Assembly (NCBI GenBank): GCA_965197425.1
Contig: CBDANC010000015.1
Span: 256,001-320,000 of the forward strand
Source: Bdellovibrionales bacterium
GTDB lineage: Bacteria > Bdellovibrionota > Bdellovibrionia > Bdellovibrionales > JAUICD01
DNA: 64,000 bases
Reading direction: 5' to 3'
The notes beneath the pieces were generated by a model, which saw nothing but the letters and a program-made list of their open reading frames with translations, did no database searches and was not told where the DNA came from. Each line of letters begins with the position of its first letter. Within the stretch, counting starts at the first letter, position 1. Shown piece by piece: positions 10,344 to 20,883 of the stretch. The translations under genes were made by a program, and so were the position numbers.

Positions 10344-12430
10344 TATGCTTGCTTTGATCTAAGTCTTTGATAGAAGTAACAGGCAAAAAATAAGGTTACA
10401 CCTATAATTTGCCACACATGTCTGGAAGCTAATCCTAATAAATTAATATCAAACCTATCTCCCAGAAAATCTGGTCTGAACAAACATGACATTACCATTA
10501 TTAAACAGATCCCTTCATACCACTTGTTTTTTATAAACATATGTCCTTGGGTAAAAGAAGCAAATGCAAACATAGCAACTAAGGCTGTTAAGAATACAAC
10601 CACTCCATAAGCATAGGATTCCACACCAATAAGCAATAGTTCGGTGTTAAAAATAAACATGAACGGTAAAATTGCAGTTCTCATATCATATCTAAATCCT
10701 TGAATACCTGTCTTTATGGGATCTTCTTTTGCTATTGCTGCTGCTGCATATGCTGCCAGCCCCACAGGAGGTGTATCATCGGCTAAAATTCCAAAATAAA
10801 AACAGAATAGATGAGCGGCAATAAGTGGAACTACAAGCCCTGCATCACCTGAAAGAGCAATAATTGCTGGTGCTGTTAACGATGCCATAATTATATAGTT
10901 GGCAGTTGTTGGAAGACCCAGGCCTAAAAGTAAACTAATAAACGCGGTCACGAATAACATTACAATTAAGTTTCCACCAGAAATTTTATCTATAACTTCG
11001 ATTACCACATTACCCAAACCAAGTGTTACAACTCCTACAATTATACCTGCTACAGCTACAGCGACCCCAATGTTCATCATATTTTTGGCTCCAACCACAA
11101 GGCTGTTCCATATCTGATGAAGGGAGAGAAGCATAGCCTCTTTTATTCTATCTTTTTTTAGGATGATTATATTTTTCACTACAATTAAAACGAGCAGAGC
11201 TATTATTGCGTAGTACACAGCAGTCTGCGCTGATCTTCTCATGATAATCAGCTGATGTAACAAAAACAAAATAGGAATTATAAAGTATATTCCAGACCAA
11301 AAAGTTTTCCAAAATCTTGGTAAATACTTTTTGTCAATGGGTTGTAATTTTAGTTTTTTTGACTCTAGATGAACTATATAAATCAACGCAACATATGATG
11401 CAAAAGCAGGAATAAGTGCAGTTTTAATCACTTCTATATAAGAAAGATTGCAATATTCTGCAATGATAAATGCAGCAGCTCCCATTATAGGTGGCATTAG
11501 CTGTCCGTTGGTGCTTGTTGCAACCTCTATAGCAGCAGCTTTGTAGGCTGGAAAGCCAGCTTTTTTCATAAGCGGTATTGTGAAAGTACCAGTTGTGACG
11601 GTGTTTGCAATACTAGAACCTGAAACCATTCCAGTTAGACCACTTGCTAATACAGCAGCTTTTGCTGGTCCACCACGATACTTACCCAGCAAACTAAATG
11701 ATAAATCTATAAAATACTTACCACCACCAGCCGTTTCTAAGATAGCTCCGAATAACACAAATAAAAACACTGTTGATGCGGACACGTCCAGTGGAACACC
11801 ATAAATTCCCTCTGATCCCATAGTAAGCTTTGATATTAATTTGTCGAGGCTTGCATTTTTAAATGCAATAACCTCCGGCATGTGTTCACTAAAAAAACTG
11901 TAGAGTATGAAAAGAGATGCTATAGTGGGAAGTGCCGGACCAATTGCTCTCCTAGATGCTTCCAGTAGGAGCACAATCAACATAAATCCAATAATAATAT
12001 CAACTTTGTTTGGAATTCCTACTCTGGAACCTATGCCCTCATAATCAAAGGATAGATATAATGCAGACAAAGTAGCAACTATAGCAAAAATTATATCTAA
12101 AATAGGTAGCTTTTTAGAATAGAGAAATGTCAGGTACTTAACATTTCTTATACGAGAAATAATACGTTTACTTTTAATAGCGGGAAAACATAAAAACACT
12201 AAACAAGAAGCAAAGCCTAAATGTATACTTCTTACAATTTCGGAGTTAAGTAATAATATCTTAGGTAACAGCAGTTGAAACAAAGACCAACTACCAGCCA
12301 CCAGAGGTATCGCATATTTAGCAATTCCCTCCGGTATTCTGGCACCATGTTCTATTTCTTCTACTATCTCTACTGCTGACTGAGTAGCATTATTGTCTTC
12401 TAGTTTTACGTCTTCATTCTCATTAGACAT
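10343..12430 (-). CDS. TRAP transporter fused 4TM/12TM permease (TAXI-associated)
   Basis: GGPAKAAV, SGSSIANTVTTG, GQLMPPIMGAAAF, DDTPPVGLA motifs; many TM helices. Confidence 0.95.
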   Translation of the reverse strand: MSNENEDVKLEDNNATQSAVEIVEEIEHGARIPEGIAKYAIPLVAGSWSLFQLLLPKILLLNSEIVRSIHLGFASCLVFLCFPAIKSKRIISRIRNVKYLTFLYSKKLPILDIIFAIVATLSALYLSFDYEGIGSRVGIPNKVDIIIGFMLIVLLLEASRRAIGPALPTIASLFILYSFFSEHMPEVIAFKNASLDKLISKLTMGSEGIYGVPLDVSASTVFLFVLFGAILETAGGGKYFIDLSFSLLGKYRGGPAKAAVLASGLTGMVSGSSIANTVTTGTFTIPLMKKAGFPAYKAAAIEVATSTNGQLMPPIMGAAAFIIAEYCNLSYIEVIKTALIPAFASYVALIYIVHLESKKLKLQPIDKKYLPRFWKTFWSGIYFIIPILFLLHQLIIMRRSAQTAVYYAIIALLVLIVVKNIIILKKDRIKEAMLLSLHQIWNSLVVGAKNMMNIGVAVAVAGIIVGVVTLGLGNVVIEVIDKISGGNLIVMLFVTAFISLLLGLGLPTTANYIIMASLTAPAIIALSGDAGLVVPLIAAHLFCFYFGILADDTPPVGLAAYAAAAIAKEDPIKTGIQGFRYDMRTAILPFMFIFNTELLLIGVESYAYGVVVFLTALVAMFAFASFTQGHMFIKNKWYEGICLIMVMSCLFRPDFLGDRFDINLLGLASRHVWQIIGVTLFFACYFYQRLRSKQA

Positions 12431-12480
12431 ATCTTAGCTTTCTTAAAAGTAGTTAGATGCCACTATCTTAGAACAAAGAT

Positions 12481-13509
12481 CTATTTTGCATCCTTCTTCT
12501 TTTCGTCTTTGACTAAGCCTACTTCTCTAAAGTACTTCATTGCACCCTTGTGAATAGGGACAACTCCTCCGCCTTTAGCTACCATGTCTTCCTTTTTCAG
12601 CTTGTTAAGTGCAGGGTGTAGGTTTTTAAAGTCATCAAAGTTAGAGAAAACTTCTTTTGTAACCGCATACACAGCGTCCTCTGAAACATTTGAGGAAGTA
12701 AATAATATAGCTTTCATTCCAATTGTTTTTGCATCACCTTTACCAACAGCATTTGGATATAAGTTTTTTGGAATGGAAGTTCCATAATAATAACCATGTT
12801 CACTTAGTAGTTTATTAATTTGAGGCCCTACTATTGGAACAAACATTACCTTTCTTTTTCCGGAAGTAGCTTCAGTAACAGCACCATTTGGATGGCCCAC
12901 GCTGTAGAAAAATGCATCAATCCTGTTGTCTTGAAGCATCTTAGGTCCTTCTGCTGGTTTCAATGCTTCAGATTTAAAATCTTTCTCATGATCCATGCCA
13001 AAGTACTTCAAGATCAGCATTGAGTTGGCTCTCTGACCCGAGCCATGATTCCCTAAATTTATTCTTTTTCCTTTCATGGTACTTATAGAGGTAATGCCAC
13101 TGTCTTGTGCAGCAACTAAAGTTACAGCTTCTGGGTAAGTGCCAAAAACTGTTCTTAGTCTTTTAATTGCTTTCTTATCCCACTCGTGCTGACCATTAAA
13201 TGCATGAAATAACTTGTCCGATTGAGCTATACCAAATTCAAGCTCTCCCGTGTTTACGGCGTTAATATTGAATACAGATCCTCCCGTAGATTCAACACTA
13301 ACTCTTAGTTTGTACTGATCCTTTTTGTTGTTAACCATCTTGGCAATTGAGCCACCAACTGGGTAGTAAACACCAGTTACTCCACCAGTACCCATTGATA
13401 CAAATTTTGTTTTTTTAGAATATGCCGGTACAGCGCCCAAGCAAACAACCAAAACAACTAAAAGCTTCATCTTAATAAATCGCATTTTGATATATTTCAT
13501 ACAGTCCAT
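12481..13509 (-). CDS. TAXI-family TRAP solute-binding protein
   Basis: GTGGVTGVYYPVG, STGGSVFN, PIHKGAMKYF; SD AGGAGG. Confidence 0.95.
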   Translation of the reverse strand: MDCMKYIKMRFIKMKLLVVLVVCLGAVPAYSKKTKFVSMGTGGVTGVYYPVGGSIAKMVNNKKDQYKLRVSVESTGGSVFNINAVNTGELEFGIAQSDKLFHAFNGQHEWDKKAIKRLRTVFGTYPEAVTLVAAQDSGITSISTMKGKRINLGNHGSGQRANSMLILKYFGMDHEKDFKSEALKPAEGPKMLQDNRIDAFFYSVGHPNGAVTEATSGKRKVMFVPIVGPQINKLLSEHGYYYGTSIPKNLYPNAVGKGDAKTIGMKAILFTSSNVSEDAVYAVTKEVFSNFDDFKNLHPALNKLKKEDMVAKGGGVVPIHKGAMKYFREVGLVKDEKKKDAK

Positions 13510-13705
13510 TTAACTCCTCCTACAAAGCATGGGATAATACTTGAAATTGATACCATAAACAACAAAAGTATTAATAAACCCAGTCGTGAGCACACACTAC
13601 ACTAAACAAATGCATTATATATATACACACTGTGACATGCCCTATATAATTCGTTAAAAGTTGGTTGGTATATAAATAATTGTTTTTTTCTCTCTTGGAG
13701 GAAGT

Positions 13706-15517
13706 TTGATTATTGCTGATGTCATAGTTGAAAAAATTACTGTCCTGATAACTCTAGGTATTATAGCGCAGTGGTTTGCATGGAGATTTAAGATACCCAG
13801 CATAGTTTTATTGTCTGTGTTTGGGATATTATTTGGGCCTGTTCTAGGTTGGATCAATCCTGCAGATGATTTTGGTCAAGCAATGGATGTTTTGATCAAA
13901 TTGGCAGTTAGCATAATCATGTTTGAAGGAGGTCTTAGCTTAAGGTTTAAAGATTTAAAGCTAGCAGGCTCTGGAGTAAGAAGGCTGGTGTTTTTGGGTC
14001 TTCCTATATCCTGGGTTTTAGGTACAATGTGTGCGTACTATATAATTGGTCTTTCTTTTCCAGTTGCCACAATGTTGGGTGCAATACTTGTTGTAACAGG
14101 CCCTACTGTCATTGGTCCTTTGCTTAGACAAACCAAACTTAACAATAGAGTATCCTCTCTTATCAGGTGGGAGGGGATTTTGAATGATCCTGTTGGAGTT
14201 CTTTTAACAATATTTTTATTTGAGTACTTCACACTTGCTCACCTTGGGCACAATATAGTTTTGGCAATATTTTTGGCAATAGTATCTTCATTGGTAATAG
14301 GAGCATTATCTGCGTACTTAGTTAAATACACTTTTAACAATGGGTTGGTACCTGACTTTTTAAAGGTTCCAGTAATGCTGTGTATGGTTATATTGGTTTA
14401 TACCGCTTCAAATTTGATACAGCAGGAATCAGGCTTACTTGCTGTTACTATTTTTGGTTCTATTCTTGCCAACATAGGTTTAGACATTATTCAAGAAATA
14501 AAGCGATTTAAAGAAGACATTGCTGTTTTTTTGATTTCAGCTGTCTTTATTATTCTTACTGCCAGTTTAGATGTAAGTCATTTGAAAATCATAAACATGG
14601 ATATTGTTTTGTTTTTTATAGCTATCCTATTCGTAGTTAGACCTGCTGCAGTTTGGTTATCTACAATAGGTGTTAACTTAAGTTGGCAAGAAAAAATGCT
14701 GGCTGGTTGGATTGCTCCACGGGGTGTAGTTGCAGCATCTTTTGCAGGTCTATTCGCTCCTCATATGATTGAGCATGGTTTTTATGGTGCTGAATTTATT
14801 GTGCCAATAGTGTTTTCGATAGTTTTGATAACAATCTCTGTGCATAGTTTATCTCTAAAACCGCTTGCAAAAAAATTGAATCTTTCTAGAGGAGAAAATA
14901 ACAATGTAATTATAGTAGGGGCTCATACATGGACCATGGAACTTGCAAAAGTTTTAAAAAGAGAGAATATACATGTAACCCTGGTTGATAGTTCACAGAG
15001 AAACCTGATCTCTGCACAAAAACGTAATATAAATACTTTTTGTGGAGATGTAATATCTGATTACTATGAAGAAAGCCCAGAAAGCCTAACCTTTTTTGCT
15101 ACTACAAAATACTTGTTAGCTGCAACTGATAATGATGCATACAATACCTTGATATGTAGTACATTTGTAAAATCACAGGATGTAGATTATCCATTATATT
15201 TATCAACACATGAAGACATAAAAAGCTCAACTCTTGTAAAAGGGCTTATAGCATTTGATGGAAACATTAGGTATGAACAGTTGATAGAAAAACACTTTAT
15301 AGGATGGAAGTTTAAAAGTTTTGTGATCGATGAATCCTTTGACTATGATAAATTCAAAAATGAAAATAAAAAGGCGGCAATACCAATTTTTCTACTAAGC
15401 AAGTCTAATACAATAGAATTTGAACGGATCAGAAATAGTTTGAAACCAGTCGTAGGAGATAAATTATATTGTTTTGTTGCCAGTGATTTTGATTTTAAAG
15501 CTAGTGAGACAAATTAG
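13706..15517 (+). CDS. CPA1/NhaP-type cation:proton antiporter with C-terminal RCK-like domain
   Basis: VTGPTVIGPLL, WEGILNDPVG, APRGVVAAS; C-terminal 'VIIVGAH' Rossmann-like segment. Confidence 0.9.
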   Translation: MIIADVIVEKITVLITLGIIAQWFAWRFKIPSIVLLSVFGILFGPVLGWINPADDFGQAMDVLIKLAVSIIMFEGGLSLRFKDLKLAGSGVRRLVFLGLPISWVLGTMCAYYIIGLSFPVATMLGAILVVTGPTVIGPLLRQTKLNNRVSSLIRWEGILNDPVGVLLTIFLFEYFTLAHLGHNIVLAIFLAIVSSLVIGALSAYLVKYTFNNGLVPDFLKVPVMLCMVILVYTASNLIQQESGLLAVTIFGSILANIGLDIIQEIKRFKEDIAVFLISAVFIILTASLDVSHLKIINMDIVLFFIAILFVVRPAAVWLSTIGVNLSWQEKMLAGWIAPRGVVAASFAGLFAPHMIEHGFYGAEFIVPIVFSIVLITISVHSLSLKPLAKKLNLSRGENNNVIIVGAHTWTMELAKVLKRENIHVTLVDSSQRNLISAQKRNINTFCGDVISDYYEESPESLTFFATTKYLLAATDNDAYNTLICSTFVKSQDVDYPLYLSTHEDIKSSTLVKGLIAFDGNIRYEQLIEKHFIGWKFKSFVIDESFDYDKFKNENKKAAIPIFLLSKSNTIEFERIRNSLKPVVGDKLYCFVASDFDFKASETN

Positions 15518-15529
15518 GAGGTAAATTCA

Positions 15530-16375
15530 GTGTCAAAAAGCCATAAATCAATAAAGCATTTTATTTATCGTTTAATGTTTCATGTAGAAACTCCTGCTGA
15601 AAGGTCATTTGATATTGTACTTTGGGTAAGTATAAATTTATCCATTGCATCAGCTATACTTGGAACTTATGAAAATATAAGGCTAGTATTTGGGAGTTTT
15701 CTAGGTAAGGCAGATTGGTTTTTCACCATATTATTTACCATAGAATATATTGCTAGGATATGGTGTGCTGAAGATCGAAAAAAATATATATTTAGCTTTC
15801 TAGGTATAATTGATTTTATTGCTGTAATACCTACGTACTTTGCTCTTATTATTCCCGATGCTCAGCTTTTTATTTTTTTGAAATTGTTTAGAACAGTAAG
15901 GCTAATAAGGTTACTTAAATTCTATAGCGTACTAGGTCTTAGTGCTTATCTTAGAGAGTCACAGAAATTATTTGATGCTATTCGTGCCAGCAGACAGAAG
16001 ATATCAGTATTTTTAGTTTTTGTGATAACTTTTATGTTTATAGGCGGAGCATTGATGCATATAATAGAGCATAACAACCCTGGCTTTACAGGTTTTTTTC
16101 AATCTATATATTGGACCGTAGTTACAATAACTACAGTTGGTTATGGGGATATTACTCCCATTACACCATTAGGTAAAATACTTGCGTCGTTAATGATGTT
16201 GATAAGTTATGGAGTGATAGCTGTCCCCACAGGTCTTATTTCAGCGGAGATAGTTAAAGCAGAAATTAAGAGGGAGAGACCGTGTAACCAATGTGGTACT
16301 GTATTATTATCAGAATCTAATTATTGCCATAGTTGTGGAGACAATGTAATAGAACAAACTCAAACAAAACGATAA
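15530..16375 (+). CDS. Voltage-gated-type potassium channel (Ion_trans)
   Basis: TTVGYGD selectivity filter, S4-like RTVRLIRLLK, C-terminal CxxC...CxxC. Confidence 0.92.
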   Translation: MSKSHKSIKHFIYRLMFHVETPAERSFDIVLWVSINLSIASAILGTYENIRLVFGSFLGKADWFFTILFTIEYIARIWCAEDRKKYIFSFLGIIDFIAVIPTYFALIIPDAQLFIFLKLFRTVRLIRLLKFYSVLGLSAYLRESQKLFDAIRASRQKISVFLVFVITFMFIGGALMHIIEHNNPGFTGFFQSIYWTVVTITTVGYGDITPITPLGKILASLMMLISYGVIAVPTGLISAEIVKAEIKRERPCNQCGTVLLSESNYCHSCGDNVIEQTQTKR

Positions 16376-16428
16376 TAGTGTGTATATCGTGATGGTAGGT
16401 AGTATTCAGTAACAAGCAGGATGTTAAA

Positions 16429-17148
16429 ATGAGAAATGACAACAGAGACAATTTAGAGCTTAGGCCAATAACTCTTACACCACATTGTATTAGATATGCG
16501 GAAGGTAGTGTTCAGTGTGAGTTTGGGAATACCAAGGTTGTGTGTACTGCTAGTGTGGAGGATAAACTGCCTAAATGGCTTATGGGCCAGGAATCTGGGT
16601 GGGTGAGTGCTGAATATTCCATGTTACCTAGATCAACGCATACAAGGATGAATCGAGATAGGGCCTCTAACTCTGGGAGAAGCAGGGAAATTTCTAGGCT
16701 TATTGGGAGAAGTTTAAGAGCTGTCACTGATCTCAAAAAATTAAAAAATTATTGTATAACAATTGATTGTGATGTGATTCAAGCTGATGGTGGTACAAGG
16801 GTAGCCAGTATAACTGGTGGTTTTGTAGCTTTGGTTTATGCCTTACAAAAATTAGTTAAAAAAGATGTTATAGGCAATATACCTATAACAGATTATGTAG
16901 CAGCTGTAAGTGTTGGTATATCCGATGAAAAGCTATTAGTTGATCTTAACTACGAAGAAGATAATAATGTGGACGCTGATATAAATGTTGTTATGACTGC
17001 TTCTGGTAAGATTGTAGAAATACAAGGTACAGCAGAGATAAAAACCTTTACTAAAGAAGACATAGTAAAAATTTTGGAAATCTCGGAGCAGAAAATCAGT
17101 CAGATTGCCTTAAAACAAAAAGAGCTTTTGGGATGGGATCCAGAATAG
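16429..17148 (+). CDS. rph: Ribonuclease PH
   Basis: AEYSMLPRST, EISRLIGRSLR, DCDVIQADGGTR, DLNYEED. Confidence 0.97.
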   Translation: MRNDNRDNLELRPITLTPHCIRYAEGSVQCEFGNTKVVCTASVEDKLPKWLMGQESGWVSAEYSMLPRSTHTRMNRDRASNSGRSREISRLIGRSLRAVTDLKKLKNYCITIDCDVIQADGGTRVASITGGFVALVYALQKLVKKDVIGNIPITDYVAAVSVGISDEKLLVDLNYEEDNNVDADINVVMTASGKIVEIQGTAEIKTFTKEDIVKILEISEQKISQIALKQKELLGWDPE

Positions 17149-17708
17149 AGGTGTGGCTTGCCACAAATAACAACTCTAAGCTTAAAGAGTTTAAGAAGTT
17201 GCTACCTGAAAGCGTGCTTATTAAATATAATCAAGATTTTATTCTCCCTGAAGAAACTGGTAAGACATTTATAGAAAATGCAAACATAAAAGCAAAGGCA
17301 CTTTTTGCTCATTCAAAAACCTGGACAATGGCTGATGACTCTGGGCTTGTTGTTAAGAGTTTGAATAATAGACCCGGTATTTATTCAAAGAGGTTTGCAG
17401 GGGAAAGTGCTACAGATCAGGATAACATTAACAAAGTATTAAGTGAGTTAAAAGGTGTAGATGATAGAAGTGCATATTTTATCACTGTTATATCGTTGAT
17501 AAAGCCATCTGGTGAAATTCATAATTTTGAAGGTAGACTTGAAGGAACTATTACTCATAGTAGTAGGGGGGAGTTTGGATTTGGATATGATCCAATATTT
17601 ATTCCCAACGGTAGCGATAAAACTTTAGCCCAAATGGAAAGTTTTGAAAAAAACAATTTGTCTCATAGGTACAAAGCGGTGAGAAAGTTAATACCAATTA
17701 TTGATTGA
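17133..17708 (+). CDS. rdgB: Non-canonical purine NTP pyrophosphatase
   Basis: ATNNxxKLKE, ADDSGL, PGIYSKR, GFGYDPIF, SHR; follows rph as is typical. Confidence 0.95.
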   Translation: MGSRIEVWLATNNNSKLKEFKKLLPESVLIKYNQDFILPEETGKTFIENANIKAKALFAHSKTWTMADDSGLVVKSLNNRPGIYSKRFAGESATDQDNINKVLSELKGVDDRSAYFITVISLIKPSGEIHNFEGRLEGTITHSSRGEFGFGYDPIFIPNGSDKTLAQMESFEKNNLSHRYKAVRKLIPIID

Positions 17709-17733
17709 ACACTAACGATGAACCGGGAGGAAC

Positions 17734-18828
17734 TTAGTTCATTCGCTGTTCCAATAATACTTCAGCCTGTTCTAGATCACGAAGTGCTATGGTTAAATTG
17801 ACATTATCTTTATCACATTCCGGATGAACATCTACACCTTCAAACAATATATTTTCTATTCCTGGAAGTTTTTTATCTTCTTCACTAATTTTTTCTGTAA
17901 GCTGGGGTGTTATAGGATTATGTGTTATATTAAATCTCCTATTATATTCATTTAAAAATGAATGAGTTTGTTTAAGATGAACAATTAAGTTTTGGGTTTC
18001 GCTTGGTTCATCTTCCAAATTGTTGTTTTTAAGTTGTCTGTTTATGTCACAACTCATCTTACCTAGATTTTTTGCATCATATGCAAGTGCCATTGAGGCT
18101 AGTGGCCTTGGATCTAATCTAGGACCTTTTATTGCTGTACTTAGTAGCTCAAAACCTTCTGAAGTAGCTGCCGCAAGGGTGCTTGAACCAACTGCCAGTG
18201 TAAATTGCCACCTTTTGTAAGCAACAATATTATCTAGTGCTTTGGCTCTTTTGCTATTTGTTGGTACCAGGCTCCTCCACGCTGTAGATAATCTGCTATA
18301 CACCGGCTTCATGTTAGAGCTTTTTGGTACAATTCTTCTGTTTTTAACAATTTTAAATATGCTTGTGGCTGCTATTAAACCTAACCACACTCCAGCAGCA
18401 GTCTCATAATTTGTTGTAAGCCTTGTTGCTACATTTGTTTGTTCTCTTTCTCGTGCATCATCAGCATAAAGGGTTGATAGTTTGTCTAGGTAGGCAAGCA
18501 CCGGTTTCTTAGCCTCTAGTGACTGATTGTACAAACCTAGTGCAGTAAGTAGTACTTGATTAAACTGCTCGTTACTAATTGAGTCGTTCCAGTGTATGTT
18601 AGCCATCTCATTTGCTTTAGCTTCATTAAACATGCCATCTCGTACCTGGTCGTATGGGTTAACATCATCTGCATTGGAGTTAACAGCGTTGTTGTACGAA
18701 TTTATGTACTCAGAAAACCTGTCTGAGACATAGTTGGGGTTTTCATGTCTACTTAATCTTTGACCATCCCAAGTACTTTCTTGTGCATTTACTGAGCTAA
18801 CAATAGCAAGCCAAACTAGAGCTATCAC
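17734..18828 (-). CDS. Hypothetical exported protein
   Basis: 364-aa ORF; signal peptide ...SSVNA|QE; 4-nt overlap with upstream gene. Confidence 0.8.
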   Translation of the reverse strand: MIALVWLAIVSSVNAQESTWDGQRLSRHENPNYVSDRFSEYINSYNNAVNSNADDVNPYDQVRDGMFNEAKANEMANIHWNDSISNEQFNQVLLTALGLYNQSLEAKKPVLAYLDKLSTLYADDAREREQTNVATRLTTNYETAAGVWLGLIAATSIFKIVKNRRIVPKSSNMKPVYSRLSTAWRSLVPTNSKRAKALDNIVAYKRWQFTLAVGSSTLAAATSEGFELLSTAIKGPRLDPRPLASMALAYDAKNLGKMSCDINRQLKNNNLEDEPSETQNLIVHLKQTHSFLNEYNRRFNITHNPITPQLTEKISEEDKKLPGIENILFEGVDVHPECDKDNVNLTIALRDLEQAEVLLEQRMN

Positions 18829-20882
18829 AAAGCACCTCCATGGGGTCTTTTGTCGCGTTGTTTTAAAATAGTTTTAAAACCTTCAGTCATTTTATTTCTC
18901 ATTTCTACTTCGAAGGATTCATTTCTATTTATTTCTGCGTGTATTCTTTTAGAAAAATTATCAAAAAACCCAACTCTCATTTTGTTTTTATACAAATGGA
19001 TCATAACCAAATGTAGATACGCAAAATATTGCGATGCTTGATATAACAATGAACTGGAATCTCTACAGAAGTTGCCTTGTCTGAAGCTATCATACCAAGC
19101 TCTATTTGATTGTTTAATATCTCTTTCTAACATAGTGAGCCTCAAATGATTTATAACCCTGTTGCTGTGTCTGTTTTGAATATTCTGAAAATCTAAACCT
19201 TTATAAACTGGCATTGCTAACACAATGGCTCGATCAATGTTGTTATATATTGAGTTTAGTATTTCTCCATTAGGAGTATAATTTCGTGTGGCTAAAGTGG
19301 TAGCCAGTCTGTTTACTTCATCCATTAATTCCAAATTTTGTAAATCAAGCGATCGATATAAGTTATTTACAGCATCTAGTTTCTGATTTTTTAACATTTC
19401 AATCAAACTAATTCTATAAATGTCATGTCTATATGAACCTTGAGCTTGTTCAGGCATGCATCTTGATTGTTGCATTCTTATTTGGGTAACATCATTTTCA
19501 AATGTATCAGTCGCTTCTTGCCATTTTAAATATGCTCTAATAACTTTTCCAGCATCTATGTTGGTTGAATTTGTTTGTGTTTGAAATTTTCTGTATGTAG
19601 TGTAGTTGTCGTCTTTTATGCTTAGGTCCGCTCTTATTTTGTTATGTGCAGACTCTATCCAAGAGATATCTCTCCAACCATCTTTAAAGGTTTGAATATC
19701 CTGTAACTTACCATTTAACTCCATACTCTTTTCAAGTATTGGCACATTGTAAAATCCAATTAGGTTATATACATCTTCCATTATTTCTCTACCTAAAATG
19801 TATGTTCTTTTAAGCTCCCCCTCTACTTTCCCTATCTTTTCATGAAGCTCTGGGTGTGTATTTAAGTTAAGTGAGTAAAAGTGATCTGGCATTTTTGAAA
19901 GAGATGATCTTAGGTTTCTAACTGATTGATCCAGCTCCCCAATCTGTCCTTTAAGTTCTGATTCAAAGTTATTTCTTTTTGCTTTATTGAGGTAGTGCTT
20001 AACACCTGCTTCTACCCCTTCATATGCAACCATGCTTCCGCCAAAAACTAACACTTGTGGCCCGAGGACTGCTCCTATACTCAATCCGCCCCTAACCACT
20101 TTTGTTGTTGTACTTATATTTTTTATGGCTTTTGCTCTTTGTATCATTCTCATTGCACCAAAAGCTCCTAGGTTAAATCCCATAGAGGTAAGTCCTGCTA
20201 CAACTTCTCTTTCTAGCATTTCACCTAGTGCATGTATATTTGTTGCCTCTAAGCCGCCTTGTAATGATCCTATAGCGGGGCAATCTAATACAAGTGCTGG
20301 ATCTACTGGAATATCAGGGCTCGAAAACCTATTTTTTTTCAATAGAAGCAAATCCCTGTTTGTAACGGCTTCCTTTGTAATGTAGCCCATCATGGCTAGT
20401 CGAAATAACAAATGACCTATCTTTGCGATTCTTCTAGTGGAATTTATGTCTCTAAAAATCAGGAGCGTCATAAGGCTTGTGTACATGTTAGAGCCTGAGT
20501 TATTTGCCCTATATTCTTTAAAATATTCCGTACTTAATAGGGGCAAATACCTTCTTTCCCACTCAGACCTGATAGCAATATCTAATATACACATATCGAC
20601 TGGGTATGTTTTGGCACTTTCGTTAACCATAGATAGTTTTTCCAAGTATTCTTCTTCCTGAAAATTTTCAAAAATGTCTGCTACTATTGCATCTTCGCAC
20701 TCATTTATGTGATGTTGTGACTGTGAATTTTTTGTTAGATAAATATAGTGAGTTAATTTGTCAGATAACTTGCTACTTTGGTGTAAGCAGTTTGAAAGGG
20801 CATAATTTTGATATTGCATGCTAGCACTAGCTGTATCCAAAAAGGATGATACTAGTAGTAGTATAAAGTAATGCACTATCAC
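18825..20882 (-). CDS. Hypothetical exported protein with internal hydrophobic segments and coiled coil
   Basis: 685-aa ORF; signal peptide ...DTASA|; tightly coupled to both neighbours. Confidence 0.82.
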   Translation of the reverse strand: MIVHYFILLLVSSFLDTASASMQYQNYALSNCLHQSSKLSDKLTHYIYLTKNSQSQHHINECEDAIVADIFENFQEEEYLEKLSMVNESAKTYPVDMCILDIAIRSEWERRYLPLLSTEYFKEYRANNSGSNMYTSLMTLLIFRDINSTRRIAKIGHLLFRLAMMGYITKEAVTNRDLLLLKKNRFSSPDIPVDPALVLDCPAIGSLQGGLEATNIHALGEMLEREVVAGLTSMGFNLGAFGAMRMIQRAKAIKNISTTTKVVRGGLSIGAVLGPQVLVFGGSMVAYEGVEAGVKHYLNKAKRNNFESELKGQIGELDQSVRNLRSSLSKMPDHFYSLNLNTHPELHEKIGKVEGELKRTYILGREIMEDVYNLIGFYNVPILEKSMELNGKLQDIQTFKDGWRDISWIESAHNKIRADLSIKDDNYTTYRKFQTQTNSTNIDAGKVIRAYLKWQEATDTFENDVTQIRMQQSRCMPEQAQGSYRHDIYRISLIEMLKNQKLDAVNNLYRSLDLQNLELMDEVNRLATTLATRNYTPNGEILNSIYNNIDRAIVLAMPVYKGLDFQNIQNRHSNRVINHLRLTMLERDIKQSNRAWYDSFRQGNFCRDSSSLLYQASQYFAYLHLVMIHLYKNKMRVGFFDNFSKRIHAEINRNESFEVEMRNKMTEGFKTILKQRDKRPHGGAL

Positions 20883-20883
20883 C